A stretch of 64,000 nucleotides of DNA from Octopus vulgaris (taxonomy: Eukaryota). Below the pieces are notes generated by a model. It had not been told where the DNA came from, did no database searches, and saw only the letters and a list, made by a program, of their open reading frames with translations. Numbering within the stretch: position 1 is the first letter of the stretch; each line of letters begins with the position of its first letter. The position numbers and the translations under genes are program-made. The stretch lies in NCBI GenBank assembly GCA_951406725.2, contig OX597819.1, positions 83,390,001 through 83,454,000 on the forward strand, written 5' to 3'. Shown here piece after piece: positions 50,339 to 64,000 of the stretch.

Positions 50339-53300
50339 TTAACTTAAGCAATGCAGATACTTACTGATCAATTGTTTATCATGTGGATGCTATCACAAGT
50401 ATCTAATAACTAATCAAAACAGTAATTTATTTTCAGTCTTAAAAAAATTTATATTAATGATGTACTTGGTTTTCAATTCTCTTATAAAATAACTTCTTTG
50501 TGATTTTCATTGCCACAAAATCATAGAATAGTTTACTGGTATCAACACAGCTATTGTTTTGTTTTATTGAACAATGTATTCTGTTTATTAGAGATAATTT
50601 CAACATTTTCTTCATCAGCACATCAAATCATTAATGATATAATACATGATATTGAATTAGTTTTCCATGAACTTTCCTATCTTCATTTTTTAATTAATTC
50701 AGCTGAATGACGAAGCATAGTCTTTTCAGTATTTAACAATAAGATTAATTTGACAAAGATGAACAAGTTCAATGGAAAAAAAAAAAGTCTGTTGTTTAAC
50801 TCTTAGCATTCAGATTACTCTGTAATGTTTATTTATATTCACATTATTTTGAATTAATCATGTATTTTCAAGATTTCAATGATGTTATTGTTTATTTTTA
50901 AAATGGCATTGTAAGGTAGGTGTGAGAGGTTGAATCTGGTCAGTTTGAATAGAAAACAGGTTGAATATTTGGGACAAATATGGCCAGTTTTAATGCTTAA
51001 GGGTTAAGTTCATCAACTGTTTTATTGTTGATATTTGAAAATAGAAGGTATCCATACCAAGAAAAGGAACTGAAAAAGCAATAAGAAAAATAAAATTAAT
51101 GTTGTGACCTGAATATTGTACTTACTTTAGAAATTTACTTGGACAGTTTGTGTGGTTGTATTTTCTACAAGGCGTATAACTTCAATAAATCTGAGTTATC
51201 TCAACAGAAATAGTTTCAAACATGACATGACTCAACAGTTTTTGGTATATAAAACTGCTTTCCACAGTTAAGGTCAAGGAAATTTTGAATAGCTGTATCT
51301 GATTTCTACAGTAAAAGCATTAATGTAAAGCCTAAAATCTCTTACAGATATAGTGGAGTGTTGGAGAAAAAGAGACATGGTTTAGTGAACAAATTATGAC
51401 AAAACAGTATACTCAGCAAACGCAGAGAAATGAAAACCATTGTTGTTGCAGTATCAAATGTCAAAGGACACAATTTGATAATGGGGGGAGTGGCTGGAGC
51501 GTTAAAATGTTGAAGGAAGAGTGAATGTTTGTTTAGTTGTGTATGTGTATGGTGAGTGCACAATCTCCAGTATTTTCAGACAAAACACACACATGAAAAA
51601 GCAAGATCAGTATTTATTACTTAGTTTGCTCATGAAATATATGTAACCACCTCCATCGGATAGTATGGTATAGGGTTGAATGTGTTATGGTTTTAGCTGT
51701 GAGCTATTCACAAACAGTAAGTTTTATGGATATGCTTCTTCAAATATTTATTATCTATATGTTTTTGTTTTTTGGGGATTTTTTTTTTACCTACTGAGTT
51801 AGGAGTAAGATGCAGTGCTCATGACTTTTGCCTGCTCTCCAAGACTGGTGAGCTTGATGCTGTTGATGTTCCTACTTAGGTCAGCAAACTGACTGAATCA
51901 TTACTGTAACAGACAAAATGCTTGGCAGCATTTTTTTCCAGATTCACATTCTGAGTTCAAATGTTGCTGGGATCAACTTCACCTTTCATCCTTTCAGAGT
52001 CAGTAAAGTAAGTACAAGATGAGCACTGGGATCAATGTAACCAACTTAACTCCTCCCCTGAAATTGCTGACCTTGTGCCAAAATTTGAAACCAATATTCC
52101 TACCAGAAAGATGTGAGCAGAGAGAATATTCCACAGGACTGATGGTCAGGGGAGGAAGGAATGAGCATAGTGATCAGTGCAGGGCCATAGGGCTTGGATG
52201 CAACAAAGGCGACGAGGTGGAGAGAATGGGTTGGGTGTGCCTGAGTGGTGGAGGTATGAGACCAGAAAGTGCTGAAGAGCAGAGGCCATTATGGTAGTGA
52301 TAGAAAAGACAGAGAAAGTGGCTTAGTGGTTAGAGTGTCGAACTCATGATCGTAAGGTTGTGGTTTTGATTCCTGGACCAGGCAATGTGTTGTGTTATTG
52401 AGCAAAACACTTCATTTCACATTGCCCCAGTTCACGCAGCTGGCAAAAATGAGTTATCCTGCGATGGACCGGCGTTCCGTCCAGGTGGGGAATTTCTGTG
52501 CCACTGAAACCAGGAAACCAGTCCTTATGAGCCTGGCATGGCGCGAGAAGGAACATTTTTATATATTTTTAACAGCATGCCAGTGGGTTAGAGGCCATTT
52601 TCTGTTTATGATTTTAATACTTATTAGTTGAGTGATTTTTCTCTGGATGCTGCTCAGGCTATCTATGTACATAGCAGCAGCACAATCCTGGATGTGAAAG
52701 TACTGTTGAACATTGTACCCAGTACTGTTAAACATTGAGTCTCTACTGCGGAATGGTTTTGCATTTGCTCTTCTTGGAGATTGTGCATAGCTGGGTAAAG
52801 ATGTTAATGGTGGTTGAAAATGAGTACAGAGTACCGAGTAGAAGGTGTAAGTTTAGGGTGGTTAGTAGTAACACCAAGTAGATCATACATGTAGAAAAGG
52901 AGTAAATAACAAGATGCACCTGAGTTAATAGGTGCATCTATTAATCATTGGACTGCAGTCACTTAGGAGCACCACCTTGATGGGTTTAGTTGGACAAATC
53001 AACCCCAATGAGATTATCTGACAAGAAGCTCTTGATTCAAATGATTAGTAATAGGGTAACTAATAGAGAGTAAAAAAAATCAAAAATCTGAAATAAAGAT
53101 TGTATGACATTGTTACTGAACACCAGTTCTGAATGGGTTCATTAAGGAGTCTCTATGTGGTTCACTTTATTAGAAATAGAAATAGCAACCAAATCTTGCT
53201 GAACTTAAAACCTGTTACCTTAAATAAGAAAAGGACACACTAGATAATGTAATCCTAGATACAAATGGAATTCATTTGATCATAGATTTTGCTCTGTCAG

Positions 53301-55364
53301 AGCTAACATGGGATTAAACAACAACAACAACAACCAGTTCTAAAAGTTAGGTGTATATAGGCTGTCATCAGAGAGAAAGCCAATTACAAGCTTTTTTTCT
53401 TTTCTGCAAATAAAGTGAATTGTTTGCACAACCAATTGGAGTCAATCTCTGAGACATGTTTACTAATAAATAAATAGCTTAAAATGGAAAATAGAATTGA
53501 AGTCATTGAAATATCAAAGATACATGATGAAACTAATGAGAAGAGATTAGTGATTAGTCTAATTACTCTATTGTTTATTAACCATGTCATCATCACCACC
53601 CTCATCGTCGTTGTCATCATCATCATCACTATTTTACAACTGCTTTTTATTATTATTTTTTTTTGTATGCTTATATGGATTTGGATGGCTCTTACACCAT
53701 CTCATTATTGCTACTGCTGTCTGAATCATCTGGAACACACAGCTACGGAGAAGGCTAGACAATTTTGTAGTTGTGTATGGATTAAATTCATGATTTTTCT
53801 TTATCTTGCCACTGGTGCCAGATAAGTTGTTTACAGCTTGACTGAAAAGTCCTATTCTCATCTATCATCATCATTGCTTTAACAATCACTTTTTCATATT
53901 TGCAAGGGCCAGACAAAATTCATTGGGAAAGATTTTTTCATGACTTGTTTTCAAGAAAGGAAAATATCTCCCTATGAGAGAACCTGTTTTCATAGAAAAT
54001 TAGAAATGAATGATACCACTTGCATGATGGTGATGCTTGTTTACAACTATCATTTGATGCCAAGATGAAGGAAAACACACACATACACACACAAAAATAT
54101 GATGGGCTCCTTTCAGTTTCTATCAGACAAATCCACTTACAGTGATTGGCAGCATAGAGTGACACTAAATTTCTGCAATGCTAAGTCTATAATGGTAGCT
54201 GGATTTGTTCTTGGTTGTGGCACTTCATTCAATATATGTTTGTACCTATATTTACTAGCCATTATCTGTAACTTACATTTTTTATTAGGTTTTGCCAGGT
54301 TGATGTACCCTTGCCTTACAACATAAAGTATTAATAAGGGATCTTCTATGTAGTCATTCTACTTACAAGAAATATCAGCTAAATTTCTTTCAAATCATAC
54401 ATTCATCATCTTAAAAAAATGAAATTGAAAGGCATATTAGATGATTTAGTCTTAAATATCACTAAATAGATTAAATGGTTTTGATAATAGGTCTGCTTGA
54501 CCAAGATGTAGACAAAGCCTTTGCTGTGGGTTCCATGATCTTTTAAGTATTATAACAGGGTTTTTATTCACTTATATCTTTTATTTTGTTTCAGTCATTG
54601 GACTGCAGTCACTTAAGGGCACCACCTTGATGGGTTTAGTTGGACAAATCAACCCCAGTATTTATATTTCCCACATTTACTACTTATTCTACCTGTCTTT
54701 TGCCAAACTACTGAATTCATCATCATCATCATCATCATCGTTTAGCGTCCGTTTTCCATGCTAGCATCTGTTGGACGGTTCTACTGGAGTCTGTGAAGCC
54801 AGAAGGCTTCATCAGGCTCAGTCAAATCTGGCAGTGTTTCTACGGCTGGATGCCCTTCCTAATGCCAACCACTCCGAGAGTGTAGTGGGTGCTTTTTACG
54901 TGCCACCCGCACAATTACAGGATTACAGGAGCATAAACAAACCAACACAAGTTGTCAAGTGGTGGATGAGGTGGGAGACACAAAAGCAAACACAAAGATG
55001 TATATATATATATATGTCACTGCATGGAATTTTTGGCACCTTATTCTAAAGCCCAGGCTGATAAATGCCTTATCAGTGGATTTGGTAGATAGAAACTGAA
55101 ATAAGCCCATTCTACATTCATATGTGTGCGTATTTGTATCTATGTATATCTTTGTGTTTGTCACCCACTACTATTTGACAACCAGTGATGGTTTGTTGAT
55201 GTCCCTGTAACTTAATAATTCAGCAAAAGAGATTGATAGAATAAATATCAAGCTTAAGAAAATAAGTACTGGGATCAATTTGTTCAACTAAACCCTTCAA
55301 GATGGTTTCCAGGATGGCCACTGTCCAATGACTGAAACAAATAAGAAAAAAAAAAAGATATATA

Positions 55365-55800
55365 TATATATATTCTTTTACACATTTCAGTCATTTGACT
55401 ATGGCCATGCTGGAGCACCACATTAAAGGGTTTTTTATTCAAAGATATCAACCCCTGGACTTATTCTTTGTAAGCCCAGTACTTATTCTATTACTATCTT
55501 TTGCCAAACTGCTAAATTATATGAACATAAACACACCACCATCAGTTGTCAAGTGACGGTGGGGGGACAAACACTGACACAAAGAGACACACACATAAAT
55601 ACATACATACATACATGTATGTGTGTGTGTGTATGTATATGACAGGCTTCTTTCAGTTTCTGTTTACCAAATTCACTCACAAGGCTTTGGTTGGCCTGAA
55701 GCTTTAGTAGAAGACACTTGTTCAAGGTGCCACACAGTGGGATTGAACCCAAAACAACATGGCTGCAAAGTGAGCATCTTAACCACACAGCCATGCCTGA
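55365..55800 (-). mobile_element. Full-length family A SINE; another at 59750-60183 (-)
   Basis: Head + core + internal microsatellite + tail 'gtcaaatgactgaaa'. Confidence 0.8.
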
Positions 55801-56513
55801 ACTATATATGAGAATTGTAGATGGAGCATTGGATATGTTGTTGTCACTGCTGCAAATGTTGTTGTTTAATGCTAGGTCAGGTCTGATTGAGCAAACACCT
55901 AAAATCAATTTAAAATATAATCAATGAGACAGTTTTAACATTACAGTCCAGGTTTTTGTTATAAAATTGTATTTGAAGAGAAGAAATGTCAAATGACAAA
56001 ACCTTATTTTAACAGTTTGTAAATCATGTGCTAAAGTAAGGAAAATATTGAACATACACAACAATTTCATTAAAATATTCATTCAGAAACTGTACAAATA
56101 CTATAGTTGGCTAATCAATACACCAATACACTCTTTAGAAGTAAAATAATTTGGTAAAAACCAGAAACACATTATATATATATAAGTTCAGTAAAATTTA
56201 GGTTCCCCCCACTAGTAAATCTGAATAACAGAAATAAGCAGTGTCTTTTTTTTTTTTTGGAAAAATCTCAGTTACAACTGTGATGTTGTTGGTAAAACAT
56301 GTTCTTTGTCTATCTACTTATCCTCTTGGTGATTTTGGATAAAAAGAAAATTATACAAATGAATCCTTCGAATTTAACTAAATTCTATATTTTTATGCAG
56401 CTGAAGATTGCTCTACATTTTAAATTGATGTAATGTTTGCATTGTTCAATCAAATGGAGTCGCATGAAATGACCGTACTGCATTACCCCTGGATATCCTT
56501 GTTGCTTATTTTG

Positions 56514-56570
<57 letters not shown>

Positions 56571-56575
<5 letters not shown>

Positions 56576-57350
56576 AAGAATTGAAGTTAAACGCAGGTGT
56601 TTATTCAAATCTTTATACTTCCGACATATGTTTCGAAGAAAACATTGATATTATTCCGGAGAGAATAAAATGATGTAAAATAATGCAATCATCTCATCAG
56701 GGAAAAAAAGAGAAACAAAATACATCAATAAGCCATTTTAACTGAATGTGATTACCACATATATGATGAAGGGGAACACAGGCAAGTTATTTTTAAAAAC
56801 CTGTTAACATCAAAGGCAATTTAGAGAAAGAGAAGAAGGAGAAAGAAAGAAATTAACAGAAATTAATGGAAATAAGCCTAAAAGCATGGAAATAGATATA
56901 TTAATTTTCTGTTAATTTCTTTCTTTCTCTTTCTCTCTCTCTAAATTAACTTTGACGTTAAATCTGTTAATGGTTTTTTTAAAAAATAACTTGCCAGCGT
57001 TCCCCTTCATCATATATGTGGTAATCATATTTGGTTAAAATGGCTTATTGATGTGTTTTGCTTCTCTTTTTTTCCCTGACTAGATGATTGCATTGTTTTA
57101 ATTCATTTTATTCCCTCCAGAATAATATTAATGTTTTCTTCAAAACATATGCCAGAAGCATAAAGATCTGAATAACACCTGCGTTTAACTCCATTTCTTA
57201 ATTTATCTATGTTATATAAAAACATTTCACTAAACACTGTAATTTCTACCTTTATAAGTAGGGTGTAACATCCTTGGCACTTATGTGAATTTTTGCTACT
57301 CTGGTAACTATTTATTTATTCTTTCCGTATTATTTATACACATCGAAAAA
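56571..57350. mobile_element. Palindromic Penelope-like insertion (~300-bp arms) with right-side tail
   Basis: Arms ~56571-56867 / ~56899-57205, moderately diverged; TA/TG microsatellites on both flanks. Confidence 0.75.
56619..56704 (-). ncRNA. Hammerhead ribozyme with intact core and long stem II
   Basis: UUCC-CUGAUGA-G..~60 nt..C-GAA-ACAUAUGU-C-GGAA; the right-arm copy (~57071-57157) is mutated. Confidence 0.7.
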
Positions 57351-57978
57351 TACACATACATTTATATATCTATATATATATATCCATATATATAAATGTG
57401 TGTGTGTGTGTGTGTGTATGTATCTATATATATATCAACCAGGGATTGTAGTTCTGTGAGCTGCATGGTGACCTAAATAATGCTGGTGGCACAAATAGAA
57501 CACCCAATCCATACTGTAAAGTGGTTGGTGTTAAGAAGGGCACCCAATTCTAGATACCATGCCAAAACAGACATAGGAACATGATGCAGTCTTTGCACAC
57601 ATTGGATCTGATTAAACTGTCCAACCTATTCCAGCTTGGAACAGAGATGTTAAATGATGATGTGTGTGAAAGTACATGGCTTAGTGGAGAGGGTGTTGTG
57701 CTCAGTAGTTAGGATGTTGCACTCACAATTGCAAGATTGTGGTTTCAATTCCTGGACTAGTATTGTGTTGTATCTTTGAGCAGAACACTTCATTTCACAT
57801 TGCTCCAGTCCTTTCAACTATAAATGGGTAACCCTGCAACAGACCAGCATTCTGTACTGGGAGAATGTTTGCCTACCTACTACCTACTAGGGTGGTATCA
57901 TTCGAAAACTACAATAGTTTGAGAAATCACATTGTGACCAATGGTGTATAACAATATCTGTCAGTCTCATTGCTACAG

Positions 57979-58006
<28 letters not shown>

Positions 58007-58009
<3 letters not shown>

Positions 58010-58845
58010 TCCAGGTCATCAGCGTCACTCAGGCTCATCACAGATTTCACATAAGACACATGTACAAAAGAAGGTAAGAGATATAATGTACACTGCAGAC
58101 TTATATGTACACTGATAATTTAACAATAAGACAGAAATATAATTTTGTTGTCTTTCTCCATTTTTAAGTTAAGAGTAAAAATAGTTTTAATATATCTTTC
58201 TCCATTTCTAAGTTAAGGGTAAAAATAAAGCAACCCTGCAAAACGCAATTGATCTTTACACACAGAGGCACAGAATAACAGTAATCATATAACAACAGCG
58301 GTGTGCACAACAAACATCAGTGATCTGACTATTGCTTGTTCTCTTGACAAGAGAGACCAGTTAGTCTTTTACACCTACCAGGCTTGTTCATATTAGCCTG
58401 AGTTGCTGAATAATTTTTTGTTCCTTTAAGAATATTGTAGAATGGAAACTTTTCATAGATTGGAACTTAAATCCTAATCTCTATAGAAATGTATTGTTCC
58501 CAAGAAAAGATTGAATTTGAATTACTTTTAATTTTTACGATTATAGATAACAACTCAGGATGTAACTTCTGAACCCGAGTTAAGCACGTGTGAACGATGT
58601 CGGGACTATATCTGCTACAAATGACATTTTTTGACATAGGGCAACTCTAAGTCAACCGCCAGACACTGAACAAAAATAAATTAACTGCATCCAGGCTCAA
58701 TAAAAGGAGCCCAACTTATTGGCTGCAATTACATACTTGAAGTCAGTGTTGGCAGAAAATAAATCAGCTTGCAAATACATGTTCACTTCACCAAATTTAT
58801 ACTTGGGCTAAGCCCGAACAGCCCGAGTGCCGGAGTTGTCACTGA
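58007..58845. mobile_element. Unclassified insertion between (TA)n tracts, possibly a DNA-transposon end
   Basis: Minus-strand terminus cagtgacaactccggcactcgggctgttcgggctt (CAGTG start, repeated cgggct); no matching TIR seen. Confidence 0.3.
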
Positions 58846-60613
58846 TATATATATATATTTCTTTTTCTTGTAAAGATTGTACTGTTTAGTCAGCTATATT
58901 GTATATTTGTATAGTTTCTAAGTAAATATCTCAGTGAAAGTGAGTGAATATTTGATATTTTCTTTACTTTAATGAGTGAATCACAACTGTTGATGTGAGA
59001 CTTTTGTCAGTGTATGTTTCTGCTCAAATATACACAGTTTTATAACAGTTTCAAAATTATATTCTTACTCTATCTCTTTGATTTTTTTTTTTTAATTTTG
59101 ATTTTTATTCTCTGCTCGTTTTTTTCTCTCTATTGATTAATCACTCCAGGTTCAACATATGTTGAAATGTCATAATTAAAATGTGTTGTGTCTGTGTTCA
59201 TGAATACAACTTATTGTAATGCTAGATCACAAATACAATCTTACTTATTTCAAAAACACCTTACGTCATTAGACAAGCTAGTTGCGATTGGCATTGAGTT
59301 TCCTGTTATAATAGCAGTGAGTGTAAAAAAATACTTGATGCACAGTTTGCCTAATAGAATATGTCCACTTTAGAATGTCAGCTCTAACTACTAGAAAAGT
59401 TTGCAGTACTGATCCCATTGAATTGATAATAAAAGAGGAAGAATGATTTAGATATCAATGAAGGTGGTGAGCTGGCAAAATTGTTAGCATACCAGGCAAA
59501 ATATTTAGCAGAATTTTGTGCGTCTTTACAAATTCAAATCCGCCATGTTTGACATTGCTTTTCATCCTTTCAGGGTTGTTAAAATTAGCACCAGTTGATC
59601 ACTGGTGTCAATGTAATTGACTAGCTCCCCCAACCTCAAAATCGCTGGCTTTGTGTCAAAAGTTGAAACCAATATAAGGTAACAATGAGTCATGCATTGA
59701 AAGGTTTCAGTAAAGAAAAATTTACCAATGAAAAGACTAAATTTATTCTTAGTACTCTTTTACTTGTTTCAGTCATTTGACTGTGGCCATGCTGGAGCAC
59801 CGCCTTTAGTTGAGCAAATCGACCCCAGGACTTATTCTTTGTAAGCCTAGTACTTATTCTATCAGTCTCTTTTACTGAACTGCTAAGTTATGGAGACGTA
59901 AACACACTACCATCGGTTGTCAAGCAATGGTGTGGGGGACAATCACAGACACACAAACATATACGCACAAACATATACACACATACATATATATATATAC
60001 ATATGTATATATATACATATATATGAAGGGCTTCTTTCAGCTTCCATCTACCAAATCCACTCACAAGGATTTGGTCAACCCAAGGTTATAGTAGAAGACA
60101 TTTGCCCAAGGTACCACACAGTGGGACTGAACCCAGAACCATGTGGTTGGTAAGCAAGCTACTTACCACACAGCCACTCCTGTTAAAATACAAGAATACT
60201 TAATAAGGTCATTGACATAAAGAGTTAACAGTTGATCAGAATTGTGAAAGAAGTCTAGTTTTAACTACATTAAGATTATAGAGGTTTCTGTTAGAGTTTG
60301 CTGAAGAGAATGAAGAATATTCCTTAAGCTGAAGGCTTTTGATGACAAGTGGAGTTTGGATTTTTCTTCGGTGAAACTCTTCAGAAATAGCTGTTTTGTG
60401 GACATCTAATATTTCCTTTCTGAATATTTTACCTTTTACTCTAAGTGACTCAATACTTAAGAAATTGCATCATAAATTAACTATTATGATGACATTAAAG
60501 GACACTTGTGTGGCGTGTCAGATATAATGCCTCATATTATTTAGGTACTTGCCTTTACTATTGAGTTCAAATCCAAATTGAGTCAACTTTACTGGGTATC
60601 TAAACAATGACTA

Positions 60614-61111
60614 CCGTAAATCCTCAAGTATAATACGCAGGGGATTTTTAGGGGGCTGTACCTCTGAAAAAAAAACCTAAACCTTGTGTATAATACATAT
60701 CTCTTCTCTAACTTGAGTCAAGGAGGTCTATATAACGTCCTTGGTTTGTAAAAATGTATACGGTAACATCTTTTATTATTATTGTACATATAACATAATG
60801 CAAAGATGTAACTTTTTTGTACATTTTGTTTGCAGAATATAAAGAAATAACAGTAATAACATTTAATAAATGTTGTTAACTGCAAGTTATGGATGATTCT
60901 TTTATGACTTCATTGCTTTCAAGCTTAGCTTAAGGTATTTTTGCGCACGACATCAGAAAATGTGTCTGAATAAACATTGCCAGACAGCAAATAGAGACTC
61001 GGACATTGCTTAGAAAATAATTTTCATTTTTAACTTTGTATATAGTATGCACTAGGGATTTTGTCTTTAAATTTTGGGAAAAAAATACGGATTATACTCG
61101 AGGATTTACAA
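60614..61111. mobile_element. Tc2/pogo-like MITE
   Basis: TA-ccgtaaatcctcaagtataatacg ... cggattatactcgaggatttacaa-TA. Confidence 0.75.
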
Positions 61112-62568
61112 TATACTCTTAAGTTTATGTCATTATAACTGTATTAGAAATCATTATGGCAACTTTAAATATTAGAAGATATGGTTACTGAAGGTCCTCA
61201 TTGTTGAAAGAATAGAATTTCTAGGTTTGTAGAAGCTGATATTAGCAATGACCAGAATATTAGATTTAAATAATGAAGCAAAATGTCAAATTATCACATC
61301 TCTGTAGGAGTATATAAAGTTAGGGTGAATTTTACATTTATAGTCAGCTTGTTTTTGTTCTGATTCATATTAAACATTTGGAATCTGTCTGATTATAAAT
61401 GTTGTTTTTTTAGCATGGCTTTAAATTAGGTCTATAATTTAATAGGTTTTTAGAAATCATTCTAAATTCGTGCATTGTTGTTTTTGTTTTTTGTTTCATT
61501 CTTTTCTTCCTGAAAATTGTAGAGTCATTATGAAAATATTGATTTATCTACCACCTACTCAGATAAGTAAAATTTATTGAAATATCATGGAAAAATCTTG
61601 AATGGATGTAACTTGTTTCAATTATGATTTCATATTTTTTTAAGTAGTTATATCTTGAAGTAGTAATATATAAATTTTAACTATAGCAGTTATTAGTACA
61701 TTCATTGTTTATTCAATGAGCAAAAGATTGCTGTAATATGTTCAGTTAAGAGCATACAACATAGCTTAAAAACTTGGAATCTAGAGACTTTCTATTAATC
61801 AATGACTTCTTATCTGTCTCAAGCACCTTCAGTAACACTATCTTTATTCACCCTCACTCTATTTTTAGATATTGGCATAATTTGTGCATAGCTCATTGCA
61901 ATCTGTGACTATATATCTTAGCTTTACAGTCAAGTATTTCCTATAACTCACCTTATGAATTTATCTACCTCTCTTCTCTATTTCAATGTAAAATTTGAAG
62001 TACGTAGCATGTATATTGTTTTACACCAGTTCATTTGGTTTCCACCTTCGATCTAATCTGTAACATGAAGATGACTGCTATTTTATCTCGTCTACCTGCC
62101 TTTTTTGCTGTTTTTATTTTGTACTTATTATCTCTGTTATCAATATATCAATAGGTTAACCTTCTGAGATAACTACTTACTTTGACATAAGATCTTTAAC
62201 AAATTACCCAGTTGTCATTTCTACTTATTTTGTATATGAATTCATTTTAGTCTGCATGTATTGAACTTCATCTGCGGTAATGTAAGGAAAGCTCTTGCTG
62301 CTCATACAAATATCACTCGTGATTTTATTGGAGTTACCTCTCCCTGATGTTGTTTCAGATTTTAAGCCCTCTTTGAGGGAGTTTGTCTACTATATGCATG
62401 GGTAATCTTAGTTAATATTGCATGCATGAAACCATATCATATTGTATTTAGTATGGAGAATGCTTTCTTGAGGTCATTTCTCTCAGGCATATTGGTTGAT
62501 ATCCATAAATCCATAATCAGTGTCATTTCAATGTGTGTGTGTGTGTGTGTGTGTGCATGTGTGCGTGT

Positions 62569-62600
<32 letters not shown>

Positions 62601-64000
62601 CATGCACATACATGTTCACGCATATGTATATAATACATGTGTGCATGTTTTTATTTGATCATGACTTGAGCAAGGTAATGCTGATATTGGCACTCCTTGT
62701 TGTCAGTTGCAGTGAGGACATGTGGCTTAGTGGTTAGGGCATTCGGCTTGGCTCATGATCGTAAGGTTGTGAGTTTGATTCCCAGCGACGTGTTGTGTCC
62801 TTGAGCAAGACACTTTATTTTCATGTTGCTCCAGTCCACTCAACTGGCAAAAATGAGTAGTACCTGTATTTCAAAGGATCAGCTTTATCACATTCTGTGT
62901 CACACTGAATCTCCTTGTGGACTACGTTAAGGGTACACGTATCTGTGGAATGCTCAGCCATTTGCATGTTAATTTCACAAGCAAGCTGTTCCATTGATCA
63001 TATCAGCTGGGACCCTCGTCATTGTAACTGACAGAGTGCTCATGACTAGTTGCTCAGCGCTTTCAAATACCTGTGGAAGAATGATGTCTGTACTTGAAAA
63101 ACCAATAAGGGTTGGCAACAAGTAGACCATCTGGCCATAAATTCTGCCTCAAACACATCTTTGCCCAAACCCATGCTAGCATGGAAAAATGAATGCTAAA
63201 TGAGTGAACAGTCAGGCAGAAGTGGCATCTGTCTTGCTTGAATGGTGATTTTTACATGCCACCGGCATGGGAGCCAGTCAGGATGGCACTGGCTTGAATG
63301 ATGCTTTTTACATGCCGCTAGCATGGCTTGGGTGCCACTCAAGCAGCACTGGTATTGGCCACACTCAAATGGTACGTTTTACGTGCCTCTGGCACGGGTG
63401 CCAGTCAGGCAGCACTGGCATCAGCCATGACTACAGTTTCATTTGGTTCAACAGGTCTTCACAAGCATGGCATATTGCCCAATGATTGAAGGGCACTTTT
63501 AGAAGGACCAGTTCTGCAACACTGGTCCATCACAGGATTATTCATTTTTGCCAGCTTAATGGACTAGAGCAATGTGAAATGAAGTGTTTTGCTCAAGAAC
63601 ACAATGTGTTGCCTGGTCCAGGAATTGAAACCACAATCTTGTGATCATGAGTCCAACACCTTAAACATAAGGTCATGCACCTTAATTTTTTTTACCTATG
63701 TTCTTTGCCTATGAGAAAACTGACTGAGACTTCATCATCCCACCTTACAGCTTGTACATATTATACATCTACTCACTTCTGTTCAACACCACTACAATCT
63801 CTTCAGATGTACTTTTTATTGTACCAATGTTTTATGGTGGTAGGTCTTAAGTTTTGTACATGACAAGAAGAGAGTTGGGTTTCCTATAGTGGTAGTTATG
63901 GGTTGCTTGATGTCAATTTTTTATATCTGAAAGGAAGAAAGTTTGTATAATTATCTGATAATGGTCAAGAGTTCTCATACATGGACAGGTGTTTCTACCT

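Overview
AT-rich, microsatellite-dense animal DNA. The repeat families (tRNA-head SINEs with internal microsatellites, RTE 3' ends with (ATG)n tails) point to an octopus/cephalopod genome, which is an inference from family recognition. No intact host gene can be supported. Nearly all of the window is decayed mobile DNA: R4/Dong, HERO-like and RTE LINE remnants, maT (DD37D), Tc1 (DD36E) and mariner transposase pseudogenes, several MITEs and many SINEs. One CpG-retaining unique block (~38-40 kb) may be a promoter/first exon. The most striking signal is a recurring architecture in at least five insertions of unrelated sequence (15.8, 25.5-27.8, 27.8-28.0, 37.7 and 56.6-57.3 kb). Each has head-to-head inverted arms with a 12-31 nt spacer, a minimal type-I hammerhead ribozyme (intact, decayed or truncated) reading outward, and a tail on one side only, and most sit in (TA)n. 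This matches non-autonomous Penelope-like retroelements. The set includes a 2.2-kb near-perfect palindrome with two intact hammerheads and a hammerhead with a compensatory G3-C8 core swap. All family assignments were made by eye from motifs, with no database search.
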